DNA from: Candidatus Undinarchaeales archaeon
GTDB lineage: Archaea; SpSt-1190; JASMDC01
Direction: 5' to 3'
Length of the DNA stretch: 64,000 nt
NCBI GenBank assembly: GCA_030753015.1
Contig: JASMDC010000018.1
Span: 1-64,000 of the forward strand
Shown here piece by piece: positions 19,033 through 28,283 of the stretch. The notes under the pieces were generated by a model. It was given only the letters and a program-made list of their open reading frames with translations. It did not search any database and was not told where the DNA came from. Each line of letters starts with the position of its first letter. Position 1 is the first letter of the stretch. The translations under genes and the position numbers were made by a program.

Positions 19033-20487
19033 ATGGATAGACGACTGATAGCTGTATTTACTCTCTTCCTGATAGCTGGACTTGCTATGGCAGCCCCTCG
19101 GGTCCCCACGGCCGATGGCAACATCGAAGGTATCACCATCAGCGGGAGTGTCACAACCGATCCTGATCCGATCCCGACGATGGAGTTCGGGGCGGCGACG
19201 CACTCGCGGGATCCCTGTGATAAGCATACTGAGGGGGCGTGCACGGGAGACACCAATTGCAAGTGGAAAGCCGGGGAGACCACCCCTGAGGGGGATGTGC
19301 TCCCTGCCTCGTGCATTTCGGATGGGAGCGAAATGGGGGAAGGGCCAGCGACGGCTGGCGGATCCATGATCAAGGTCATGCTCAACGGTATCGCCGCAGA
19401 TGCTGATGGCGAGGCCAACCTCTTCATCTCCGGATTCGGCCAGGCGACACTCCGCAGTGATTCGCACAGTACGATCCTGCTGCCCGCAGGAACGGACTCG
19501 GCGAACCTAGAGGTGGCGCACGAATCATTCCCTCAGGGCCAGGCCACCCTCACCGTGTGCATCAATAAGACGGCTTGCCCGGACTGGAGCGCCGAGTGCG
19601 CCGCCTGCAAGCACAAGCAGGTGACGATCGGCACTACTACCTACGATGACACTGGTAATGTCGTCGACATAGACAGCCAGCCGCCCATGATCTCCTTTGA
19701 CGCGGGGCAATTCAATGCCGATCCTGACTGGAACATGAACCTCCTCGAGGACGTGACCGCGAACATCGTCGTGATCGAGTTGGACTCACCCTGGCAGATG
19801 AACTGCCGGTTCGTCGGGGTCGATGCGAACAATGCTCAGAACGACTCCATGTGCGCCCCTGGCGTGTTCGAGCCCAACGTTTGCGAGGGGCGGCAGGCCG
19901 CCACGCCCCCCGAGGGCGCGAAGGTGAAGATAACCATCGGGAAGGCGATGGCCCTCAACGGCTGGAAGGAAGGACGCTACGAGATCCATTGCCACGCTTG
20001 GGACTTCGCCGGTGGTGGAGACTCACAAGGGAACACCGGGACCGAGTGGGTCCAGGGGTTCCAGGTGGGGACCACCACACTTGTCACTCCGCCTCCACCC
20101 CCCGAGACCCCCCCTGATGTCCCACCCGAGGGTACTGTACCCCCTGAAGGTTCGGGAACTGCCGAGCCTCCCGCTCCGACCGACGCGGGAGGCCTCCCCA
20201 TACCTACCGGGACACCCGGCCCCGGTGAACCTGAGCCAACCGCGACCGATAAACCGATCCAGCCGGCCCCGGCCACCTGCGGCGACAACGTCTGCCAGCA
20301 GGACGAGAGCCAGGAGAACTGTTGCAATGACTGCGGTTGTCCCGTCGGATGGAGCTGTTCGGGTGGCGTGTGCGCCGAGTCCTCACCCCCCACACCCAAG
20401 CCGCCGGCCCCCAACACCGCCGTCGTCGCGGTCATTGCCATACTCGTGGTCGTTGGTGGCTTCTACGCCCTCGGGCTGAAGAAGTAG
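19033..20487 (+). CDS. Cys-rich surface protein with Pro/Thr linker and C-terminal membrane anchor
   Basis: Signal peptide, Ig-like beta regions, the CGDNVCQQDESQENCCNDCGCP module, and a TM helix followed by KK. Confidence 0.85.
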   Translation: MDRRLIAVFTLFLIAGLAMAAPRVPTADGNIEGITISGSVTTDPDPIPTMEFGAATHSRDPCDKHTEGACTGDTNCKWKAGETTPEGDVLPASCISDGSEMGEGPATAGGSMIKVMLNGIAADADGEANLFISGFGQATLRSDSHSTILLPAGTDSANLEVAHESFPQGQATLTVCINKTACPDWSAECAACKHKQVTIGTTTYDDTGNVVDIDSQPPMISFDAGQFNADPDWNMNLLEDVTANIVVIELDSPWQMNCRFVGVDANNAQNDSMCAPGVFEPNVCEGRQAATPPEGAKVKITIGKAMALNGWKEGRYEIHCHAWDFAGGGDSQGNTGTEWVQGFQVGTTTLVTPPPPPETPPDVPPEGTVPPEGSGTAEPPAPTDAGGLPIPTGTPGPGEPEPTATDKPIQPAPATCGDNVCQQDESQENCCNDCGCPVGWSCSGGVCAESSPPTPKPPAPNTAVVAVIAILVVVGGFYALGLKK

Positions 20488-20502
20488 GCGGGAACGGGCC
20501 CC

Positions 20503-22035
20503 GTGGCGTTCCTCTGGACAGGAGGGGCTGGTAGCGGCGGGTGCGCGGTGTGCCGGGCCTTGCGCCCGGCACTCCCGACCTATCCGGAAGATCCATCTAT
20601 CGATGAGGTAGTGGCCCTTCTCGATAGTGTCCCTTTGAACGAGGAACTGGTGCTCGTCGGCGAGGAACCAACCCGAAGAGAGGACCTCGCTGATCTGGTG
20701 CGTACAGTTCGAAAGGAACGCCCTGGCGCGATCGTCCGCATCGTGACCGATGCTGCACGGTGTGCGGACCGCGCGTACGCGACCTCCTTATCGGAGGCGG
20801 GCGTTGACCGGTTCACCGTGCGCCTCTTCGGTCCTCGTCCCGCGGTCCACGATGCCGAGACAGGCACACACGGGAGCTTCGATGCCAGTGTGGCCGGGAT
20901 ACGCACGCTCGTCGCCCTTGGCCTCTGGGTCGAGGTCGAGGCCGTAGCGACACGACGCGCCCTTCCCCATCTTACCGAGACAGCTCGGTTCATCGCCACA
21001 TCGCTGCGTGGTGTTGCACAAGTTCTTGTACGCAATCCCCTGTGGGGCGACAACGGACTGGTCCGAGGAACGTCCCACAAGGTGCATCCGCACGAAGCCT
21101 ACCCACCGGTGGACATGGCGGCAGATATCATCGCTCACCACGATATCCCAGTGCGGCTAGAGGGCTTCCCCTTCATCGTGACCGGCGGGAAGGCGCCTTA
21201 CCCGTTGACCGACAGCAAGCTCGCCGGTTGGCCCATAGGGCTCGCCCTGGAGGTGATCGCTATGGAAGAGGGGCTCAAGCCCGCAGCCCGGGTATCTCTT
21301 GATCTGGAACGTACCAAGACCCTAGCAGGCTTCTGTCGCGGCCGTGGGTTGACATTGGAACAGGCGAGCTTCCGTCATCGTTTCGGTCCCAACGAGGCAG
21401 GCCTGCGCGAAGACTCGTCCGATCCCCGGGCGAGGCTCGTCTATTGCTATCTGGCGCCGGAGAAGGCCGCAGCGAAAGCGGTTCGGGACGCCGATGCAGC
21501 AGGTGATGATGATGCTCTGGGCGAAGCCCTCGGGTACCCGGCGTGCTGCCGCAGGTTCTACGCCCGGAACGTCACCGCAGGACATCACCCCGACCTGGCC
21601 ATGGCCGCATACAACGAGGGACCAGCGGACACATATCCTTTCGAGCTGAACACCCTGTCCACATACATAACAGGCCTGGTGTTCCACCAGCCACATACCT
21701 ATACCTGTGCCCCGAGCCTCCGGATGGCGCGTGATCTGATGGCCGCTCTTCGTCGAAGTGAGCCTCTCCTGGCTACCGCCGTGGAGCACGCCCTACGATG
21801 CCATGTAGTGTACGCGTCCCCGGCCAGCCGCATCTCCCTGTGGGGCCGCCGTAAGGGTGGTCGCATAGAGGTCGAGAACCTCATCCCATTCGGCGACGCT
21901 ATCCGTCCGGACCTTGCGAAAGTGGATACTGTGGAGCTGGTAGAAGATGCCGTCATGCTCCGTGCAGGGGAGAGGGTGATCGCTAGGATAACTGCTCCTG
22001 GTGGGGTGCGGCCTCTGCTCGCTACCTTTGAATAA
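20503..22035 (+). CDS. Degenerate radical-SAM-like domain fused to a DUF483-like domain
   Basis: GSGGCAVC replaces CxxxCxxC, GEEPT replaces GGEP, and VHDAETGTHGSF is an rSAM-like segment; C-terminal GEALGYPACCRRFY and FHQPHTYTC. Confidence 0.7.
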   Translation: MAFLWTGGAGSGGCAVCRALRPALPTYPEDPSIDEVVALLDSVPLNEELVLVGEEPTRREDLADLVRTVRKERPGAIVRIVTDAARCADRAYATSLSEAGVDRFTVRLFGPRPAVHDAETGTHGSFDASVAGIRTLVALGLWVEVEAVATRRALPHLTETARFIATSLRGVAQVLVRNPLWGDNGLVRGTSHKVHPHEAYPPVDMAADIIAHHDIPVRLEGFPFIVTGGKAPYPLTDSKLAGWPIGLALEVIAMEEGLKPAARVSLDLERTKTLAGFCRGRGLTLEQASFRHRFGPNEAGLREDSSDPRARLVYCYLAPEKAAAKAVRDADAAGDDDALGEALGYPACCRRFYARNVTAGHHPDLAMAAYNEGPADTYPFELNTLSTYITGLVFHQPHTYTCAPSLRMARDLMAALRRSEPLLATAVEHALRCHVVYASPASRISLWGRRKGGRIEVENLIPFGDAIRPDLAKVDTVELVEDAVMLRAGERVIARITAPGGVRPLLATFE

Positions 22036-22045
22036 GGAGGATCTC

Positions 22046-23986
22046 ATGAGCGACGCGCCATCTGAGGACGGTCGCGTGTTCCGCGGTACCGTCGCTGAGC
22101 TCGCTGATGCTATCGCCGATATGGTGGACGTCGGTGTGCCCGTTCAGTTATCCCTCGAGGTCCCTCCGGCGGACCGGACCCCTGCTCTGGGGCGCCGCCT
22201 ACGGGACGCTCTCACAGCGTTGCGCGAGGGCGGGATCTCCGTCCAGATGCGTACGCCTCTCCCCCTCTGCCTTCTCGGTGCCGGGGACCCGGCCTGGGGT
22301 ATCGATGTGCCCACGTCATGTGATGGGTGCAAGGACGCCTGGACAGTTGAGTACGGACGCGTGGTGCTATGTCGAGTCGCCGATAGGTGGTGCGGTCCTC
22401 CGCGCGCCTCCTTCCCGAGCGCTACTGCAGTGGCCGATTACGCTCGCCTCTATCGCGAGGCCGCACCTGTTCCCGACGGGTGTCGGACCTGCCGTCACTG
22501 GGCACGCGGGACCTGCCACTGGGGCTGCCGGGCGTCACCCCGCTCGTTCGCACCTGTCCGGCGGGCCGCAGGCAAGCGGATCACCCTGGTGTGGCCTCCC
22601 ACCGTGGACGGTACCGCACCGCGCCCCTCGCTCAACCTCGCTTACCTGACCGCGGCACTGGAGCATGCCGATCCGTCCCTTGAGGTGTCCTGCATCGATA
22701 CCAACCTCGTGCTTGACCTCGATAACGTCATCACCGTACCACTCGCCGAGGCCCGGCGACACCTTTCACACACTCTCTCGCTCATCGAGCGGACCCGGCC
22801 CGACATACTGGCCGTTGGTGCATGGACCTCCAATCTCCCGTTCGCTCTGGAGCTGGTCCGTGCCTTCAGACCGCGCCATCCCGACGTGCCCGTTGTGATG
22901 GGCGGCTATCCCGCCACCGAGGGGCCGGTCGAGCTCCTCTCCATCTTGTCGGAGGTCGACGTGCTCGTGCGTGGCGAAGGCGAGGCCACCCTCCCTGGTC
23001 TCGTGGCCCGGTTAATCACGGGACGGCCCATCGACGACGTGCAGGGGCTGTCCTACCGCAGCGGGTCCAAGGTCGTACACACGCCGCCGGCGGTACCCCT
23101 CAAGGACCTGGACGCGTTACCCTTCCCCTCCTACGAGCGGTTCGTGGGTGCCCGGCCCGGTCGCGCGGTGACCGTGAGCACAAGCCGCGGTTGCCCATTC
23201 TCTTGCACCTACTGCTCCAACGAGAAGATGTACCAGGCCATGCGCCAGAACTCGCCTGAGTACGTCGTCCGTGAACTTGCCGACCTCCACAAGCGGTGGG
23301 GCGTGACGCGCATCGAGTTCTCCGACAACCTCTTCACGGCAGATCCACACTGGGTCGCCCGGTTCTGCGAGGTCCTCGATGAGAAGGGTTCGGACCTCGT
23401 GTGGACGTGCTCGTCACGTGTGGACACGCTGACCACTGACCTCATAGACCGGATGCGCGCGGTCGGCCTGGAGAGCATCTATCTGGGCCTGGAGAGCGTG
23501 GTCCCGGACAGCCTGCGGTTCATGGGCAAGACCGGAGATCCCACTAAGTACGTTGAGCGGGCCCGGCGGCTCATAGCCCATGCCGCGTCCTCCAGTGTCG
23601 GGATGAGCGTCGGGGGCATCGTAGCCCTCCCGCACGAGGACCGCGCGGATATGCAGGCCACCGTGTCGTTCCTCGAAGAGATGGTCACGACCAATGCGCC
23701 GTACGTGAAGCCCAACCTGTTCTCTCTCATCCCCTTCCCGGGAAGTCCCCTCTGGGACGCTGTCCAGCGGGGCGATCACGCTCTGCTCCCGGTGAGGAAC
23801 CCTGCCTTCTCAATCTGGAACGGCGGGCTGTTCCGTGAGCTCTACTGGCACCTACCGTGGGTGGTTCCGGGAGCGTTCGAGTTCGCCAACGACCATCTCG
23901 AGCAGAACGAGGTGGAGCGGTTCGTCATCGAGGCTCGTGCAAGGTTGCAGGAGCTTGCACCAGAAGGATTCGAGGCGAAGTTCTGA
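22046..23986 (+). CDS. B12-binding (class B) radical SAM protein with extra N-terminal SPASM-like Cys domain
   Basis: VVMGGYPAT and VRGEGE B12-binding domain; TSRGCPFSCTYC; GLES; N-terminal CDGC...CRTCRHWARGTCHWGC; SD sequence AGGAGG at 22035-22040. Confidence 0.9.
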   Translation: MSDAPSEDGRVFRGTVAELADAIADMVDVGVPVQLSLEVPPADRTPALGRRLRDALTALREGGISVQMRTPLPLCLLGAGDPAWGIDVPTSCDGCKDAWTVEYGRVVLCRVADRWCGPPRASFPSATAVADYARLYREAAPVPDGCRTCRHWARGTCHWGCRASPRSFAPVRRAAGKRITLVWPPTVDGTAPRPSLNLAYLTAALEHADPSLEVSCIDTNLVLDLDNVITVPLAEARRHLSHTLSLIERTRPDILAVGAWTSNLPFALELVRAFRPRHPDVPVVMGGYPATEGPVELLSILSEVDVLVRGEGEATLPGLVARLITGRPIDDVQGLSYRSGSKVVHTPPAVPLKDLDALPFPSYERFVGARPGRAVTVSTSRGCPFSCTYCSNEKMYQAMRQNSPEYVVRELADLHKRWGVTRIEFSDNLFTADPHWVARFCEVLDEKGSDLVWTCSSRVDTLTTDLIDRMRAVGLESIYLGLESVVPDSLRFMGKTGDPTKYVERARRLIAHAASSSVGMSVGGIVALPHEDRADMQATVSFLEEMVTTNAPYVKPNLFSLIPFPGSPLWDAVQRGDHALLPVRNPAFSIWNGGLFRELYWHLPWVVPGAFEFANDHLEQNEVERFVIEARARLQELAPEGFEAKF

Positions 23987-24192
23987 AGCGACGTATCACG
24001 TCGCCTCGTCCACCGCTCTGCTATAGATATCCTTCAGGGTATGGTGAGTAACGTCGATGGCCTTGGCCATTTCCTTGTCATCGATCCCTTCGGGCCGCAA
24101 TAAGGATCCATAACTTGGGACGTCCTCCGCTCGCCGGGACCATAACCTTTATAGGCAGCCTGTCGAGCATGGTATGTCATAAGGGGATAAGT

Positions 24193-26559
24193 ATGGCAGG
24201 GGTTGCCACGAATCATAGCCAGAGCGAGGACGCTGGCGGTCAGACCGCTCACGGTGTGGGTGCCGTCGGAGGGTACGACCTGGACGGTGACTCCTACGTG
24301 TTCCACGGATCGGAGGCCGACGTCCGTATCGAGTTCCTCGCCGCCGATGTGGTGAACGTCCGGCTGGACCCTGACGGCGCCGCTCGCAAGGACTCCCCAG
24401 CCATCTTCACCCGCGATCTTGGGGGGTCCGATGTGACCGTCGAGGACCGCTCCGATTCCTACCTTCTCACCTCCGACGAGCTCCACGTGTATGTCGATAA
24501 GACATCCGGGAGAGTGACCTTCGCCGATACCGATGACACCGTCATCACACGCGACACCGACCAGGGCATGACCTGGGACGACGATGGCCGGATCAGGATG
24601 GAGCGTGAGGTCGCCGGGGACGAATCCTTCTACGGACTGGGAGAGAAGACGGGAGCCCTGGACAAGCGTGGCGAGCACCTCACACAGTGGACCTGGGATG
24701 CCAACGGCGACCACGCCGGTGGAACCGACGAGATGTACCAGGCGCACCCGTTCTATATCGGGCTGCACGACGATGCTGCCTACGGGCTGTTCCTTGACAA
24801 CACCTTCCGCACTACTTTCGCCATGGCCGAGAACGGGGCCGACAAGGCCACTGTGACGGCGGATGGAGGCCAGCTCAACTACTACTTCCTCAAGGGCCCC
24901 GCCATGCGCCACGTGGTGGAGCGCTTCACCGAGCTCACCGGCAGGATGCCGCTACCTCCGCGATGGTCGCTGGGCAACCACCAGTGCAAATGGAGCTACT
25001 TCCCAGAGACCACGGTGCGCGAGATCGCGGACGGCTTCCGCCAGCGGGACATCCCCCTGGATGCCATCTGGCTCGACATCGACTACATGGACCAGTACCG
25101 AGTGTTCACCTGGGATCCGCAGCGGTTCCCGGACCCGGAGACAATGATCAAGGACCTGAAGGACCAGGGGATCCGCACGGTCACCATCATCGACCCCGGG
25201 GTGGACGACGGGGCCAACTACGATGTGTACGCCGAAGGGATGAAGGAGGGCTACTTCATCACCGACGAGAACGGAGAGGTGTTCCACGCCCCGGTATGGC
25301 CCAAATCCGCCGCCTTCCCGGACTTCACCCGGGAGGAGGTCAGGCAGTGGTGGGGTGACCTGTACGGCCGGCTCACCGATGCCGGGATAGCCGGTGTCTG
25401 GAACGACATGAACGAGCCCGCTATCATCGACACGTACAAGACCATGCCCGACGACATGGAGCACCACGGCGACCTGGGTGACGTCAAGCACAATGAGGCC
25501 CACAACGTGTACGGTATGTACGAGGACATGGCCACCTATGAGGGCATGCTACGTGCCAACCCGGACGAGCGTCCCTTCGTGCTCACGCGCTCTGGCTTCT
25601 CCGGCATCCAGCGGTACGCGGCCGTGTGGACCGGCGACAACCGGAGTAAGTGGGAGCATCTGGACATGGGCATGCCCATGATGGAGAACATGGGTCTTTC
25701 GGGGATGGCGTTCATTGGCACCGACATAGGCGGGTTCGGTGCAGACTGCACACCCGAGCTCTACGCCCGCTGGCTCCAGTTCGGTGCGTTCTCGCCCTTC
25801 TGTCGCACCCACTCCTCCCGCCACACCCGTGAGCAGGAGCCCTGGACCTTCGGCCAGGAGACCGAGGACATCGCCCGGGACTACCTCACCCTCCGTTACC
25901 GCCTAATGCCCTACACCTACGATGCCTTCCGTCAGGCGTCCGAGACCGGCATCCCAGTGATGAGGCCACTGGTGCTCGACCACCAGAACGACCCGAACGT
26001 GCGCAACCTCTCGAACGAGTTCATGTATGGGGATGTCCTCCTGGTCGCTCCCGTGACCGAGGAAGGGGCGCGGGAACGCGATGTCTACCTTCCCGAAGGC
26101 CGATGGGTCGACTACTGGACCGGCGAGATCCACGATGGCCGCCAGACCGTCGTCAGGGACGCTCCCGTGGACACCATGCCCCTGTACGTGAAGCAGGGTT
26201 CGATCGTGCCCATGGGGCCGGCCATGCAGTACACCGACGAGAAACCGACGGAGGAGCTGGAGCTCCACGTGTACGCGGACGACCGCGCCGAGGGCAGGTT
26301 CTACGAGGACGACGGACACTCCTTCGGATTCAAGCAGGGCGAATACAACCTCACCGAGTTCGCCTACCGTAACGACACCGGCACCGCCGCCATCACCGTG
26401 GACCGGGTCCATGAGGGCTACGCCACCGAGGTAGGGACCTACAAGTTAGTCATCCACTCGGAGCGCGATGTGACGGGGGCGACAGTGAACGGCCAAGACA
26501 CCGCAGTGGCGCGAGATGGCGATGCGTACGTCGTCGAGGTGGACGCGGGAGCGATATAG
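24193..26559 (+). CDS. Glycoside hydrolase family 31 (alpha-glucosidase)
   Basis: YGLGEK, WLDIDYM, WNDMNEP (nucleophile), WTGDN (acid/base), DIGGF and YEDDG motifs. Confidence 0.95.
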   Translation: MAGVATNHSQSEDAGGQTAHGVGAVGGYDLDGDSYVFHGSEADVRIEFLAADVVNVRLDPDGAARKDSPAIFTRDLGGSDVTVEDRSDSYLLTSDELHVYVDKTSGRVTFADTDDTVITRDTDQGMTWDDDGRIRMEREVAGDESFYGLGEKTGALDKRGEHLTQWTWDANGDHAGGTDEMYQAHPFYIGLHDDAAYGLFLDNTFRTTFAMAENGADKATVTADGGQLNYYFLKGPAMRHVVERFTELTGRMPLPPRWSLGNHQCKWSYFPETTVREIADGFRQRDIPLDAIWLDIDYMDQYRVFTWDPQRFPDPETMIKDLKDQGIRTVTIIDPGVDDGANYDVYAEGMKEGYFITDENGEVFHAPVWPKSAAFPDFTREEVRQWWGDLYGRLTDAGIAGVWNDMNEPAIIDTYKTMPDDMEHHGDLGDVKHNEAHNVYGMYEDMATYEGMLRANPDERPFVLTRSGFSGIQRYAAVWTGDNRSKWEHLDMGMPMMENMGLSGMAFIGTDIGGFGADCTPELYARWLQFGAFSPFCRTHSSRHTREQEPWTFGQETEDIARDYLTLRYRLMPYTYDAFRQASETGIPVMRPLVLDHQNDPNVRNLSNEFMYGDVLLVAPVTEEGARERDVYLPEGRWVDYWTGEIHDGRQTVVRDAPVDTMPLYVKQGSIVPMGPAMQYTDEKPTEELELHVYADDRAEGRFYEDDGHSFGFKQGEYNLTEFAYRNDTGTAAITVDRVHEGYATEVGTYKLVIHSERDVTGATVNGQDTAVARDGDAYVVEVDAGAI

Positions 26560-26648
26560 GCCCACGTGCCCACCATGCGGTCCATGACATGAGGCAGTTC
26601 ACCACCCCAAACGAATCCTTATAACGCCCCCACGCCTTCCAGTCGTCC

Positions 26649-27839
26649 ATGCCCCTTCCCGTGGTCCTGAGCCTGGCGCTGTCCTTCGCCGTGCTCTTCG
26701 CTGTGGCGCGATGGAGCCTCCCGGGCGCTCTCACGGCAGGGGCGCTGTCCTTGGGGTTCCTGACCCTCCCGCCCGCCACGGTGGTGTGGGTGGCAGGGGC
26801 CACCCTGGGCGATCCGTCGGTGCTGGCCCTCGCCCTGGCGGTCGCGGTCATTCCCCTAATCGGCGGTGTGATGGAGGAGGGTGGGCTCATGGACCGGCTC
26901 GTCGCGAGCCTCCGGATGGGCCGCCGGCCCTTCCTTGCTGTCGCGCCGGCCATGGTTGGGATGCTCCCCATGCCCGGTGGTGCACTGCTCTCGGCGCCCC
27001 TCGTGGAACGGCGCGGGGCGGACCTCCCCGGTGAGTTGAAGGCGGCCATCAACGTCTGGTACCGGCACCTCATGCTTCTGATCTATCCTCTCAGCCCCTC
27101 GCTCATCGCTTCGGCCCAGATGGCCGGTCTCGGTGTGTACGAGATCATCCCCTGGCAGGTGCCCGGGTTCCTGTTCTGTGGCCTGCTGGGCTATGTCTTC
27201 CTGTTACGACGTGTACCGGCCGATGGTCCGGGGATAGGCGATCCGAGGACCGGTAACGTGCCCCTGACCGTCCTGTTCTCGGCACCGGCCGTCGACCTGC
27301 TCCTACAGCGCGCGGGCCTGCTCCCGTTCCCGACACTTGGTGCGCTGGCGGGTGTCACCGTGGGACTGGTCCTTGCCTATGCGCATTCGGGACCCAAGGG
27401 ACGCGACCTCGGGACCATCGCCCGTAAGATGCGTCCATGGAGCTTCGGCGCCATCGTCTTGGGGATGTTCCTGTTCCTGGAGATGTTCACGGCCTCGCCC
27501 GCGCCGTCGTTCATCGCAGATGTGGCACCATCTCAGTGGGCGCTCCTGGTGCCAGTGGGCTTCATCCTGGGTGCGGCAACGGGGCGCATACAGCTCCCTG
27601 CCTCGATCCTCATTCCCATCCACCTGGCCATGGTGGGCGCAACGACAATGCAGCCGATACCCTTCGCTGTGATGTACCTGGCAGTCTTCCTGGGCTACAT
27701 GGTATCCCCTATCCACCCCTGCTTGGTCGTGTGCCTCGAGTACTTCAGGACGGACCTGCGAGGATTCGCCAGAGCCGTGGTTGGTCCGGTGACGCTGGCC
27801 TTCCTGGCCGCGGGACTGGTGGGCCTAATGGTCCTCTAG
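26649..27839 (+). CDS. DUF401 family membrane protein (putative permease)
   Basis: GMLPMPGGALLSAP, INVWYRH and SPIHPCL motifs; multiple TM helices. Confidence 0.85.
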   Translation: MPLPVVLSLALSFAVLFAVARWSLPGALTAGALSLGFLTLPPATVVWVAGATLGDPSVLALALAVAVIPLIGGVMEEGGLMDRLVASLRMGRRPFLAVAPAMVGMLPMPGGALLSAPLVERRGADLPGELKAAINVWYRHLMLLIYPLSPSLIASAQMAGLGVYEIIPWQVPGFLFCGLLGYVFLLRRVPADGPGIGDPRTGNVPLTVLFSAPAVDLLLQRAGLLPFPTLGALAGVTVGLVLAYAHSGPKGRDLGTIARKMRPWSFGAIVLGMFLFLEMFTASPAPSFIADVAPSQWALLVPVGFILGAATGRIQLPASILIPIHLAMVGATTMQPIPFAVMYLAVFLGYMVSPIHPCLVVCLEYFRTDLRGFARAVVGPVTLAFLAAGLVGLMVL

Positions 27840-28208
27840 GCCGCGACCGGTTGGAGGATCGAGTGAAGTGAGCGGTCGTCTGATAAATAGGGAGGATCAT
27901 CATGGATGGGTCGCCTCCCCTCGGTTCACTTCTTTTTCGAGGTGCAATGTAGGAACTCCCTTCTGTTGTCATGGGCAGGCCTCAGAGAGGGGAACGATAA
28001 GGGATGGCCCGGGGAGGGCCGTGGTGGCATCAGCACCCCCCCGGGTCGATTGGGTGATCCTCTATTCTCACATGGCCTCATGTCGTCGATACAGGATCGG
28101 TACAATCCTAGTGGTTATCGCCCGTCCCGGCTCCGGTGTGCCGGTTGGACGGGGCGTGGCCCGTGGTCTCGCTTATTAAGTAGCTTGTGCTTCCGGATAT
28201 TAATAGAA

Positions 28209-28237
28209 ATGGAACAGAATATGGTACGATGTGGAAC
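28209..28237 (+). promoter_or_regulatory. Triple ATGGAAC-box candidate operator just downstream of the TATA box of the kinase gene
   Basis: ATGGAAC-n5-ATGGTAC-n3-GTGGAAC; an inverted 22/29 copy lies at 32564-32592. Confidence 0.55.
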
Positions 28238-28283
28238 ATCCAGCAGCTCTTGAAGGGCGGCCGTCCTTTGGACAGACAGATAA

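Noticed and set aside
23996-24100. Short minus-strand ORF (MRPEGIDDKEMAKAIDVTHHTLKDIY...) as a possible rSAM precursor peptide
   Set aside because: Weak TTG start, opposite strand to the rSAM genes, and no Cys or repeated core motif.
28119-28156. GC-rich hairpin in the intergenic region upstream of the kinase
   Set aside because: Imperfect stem in high-GC DNA with no recognisable riboswitch or terminator context.
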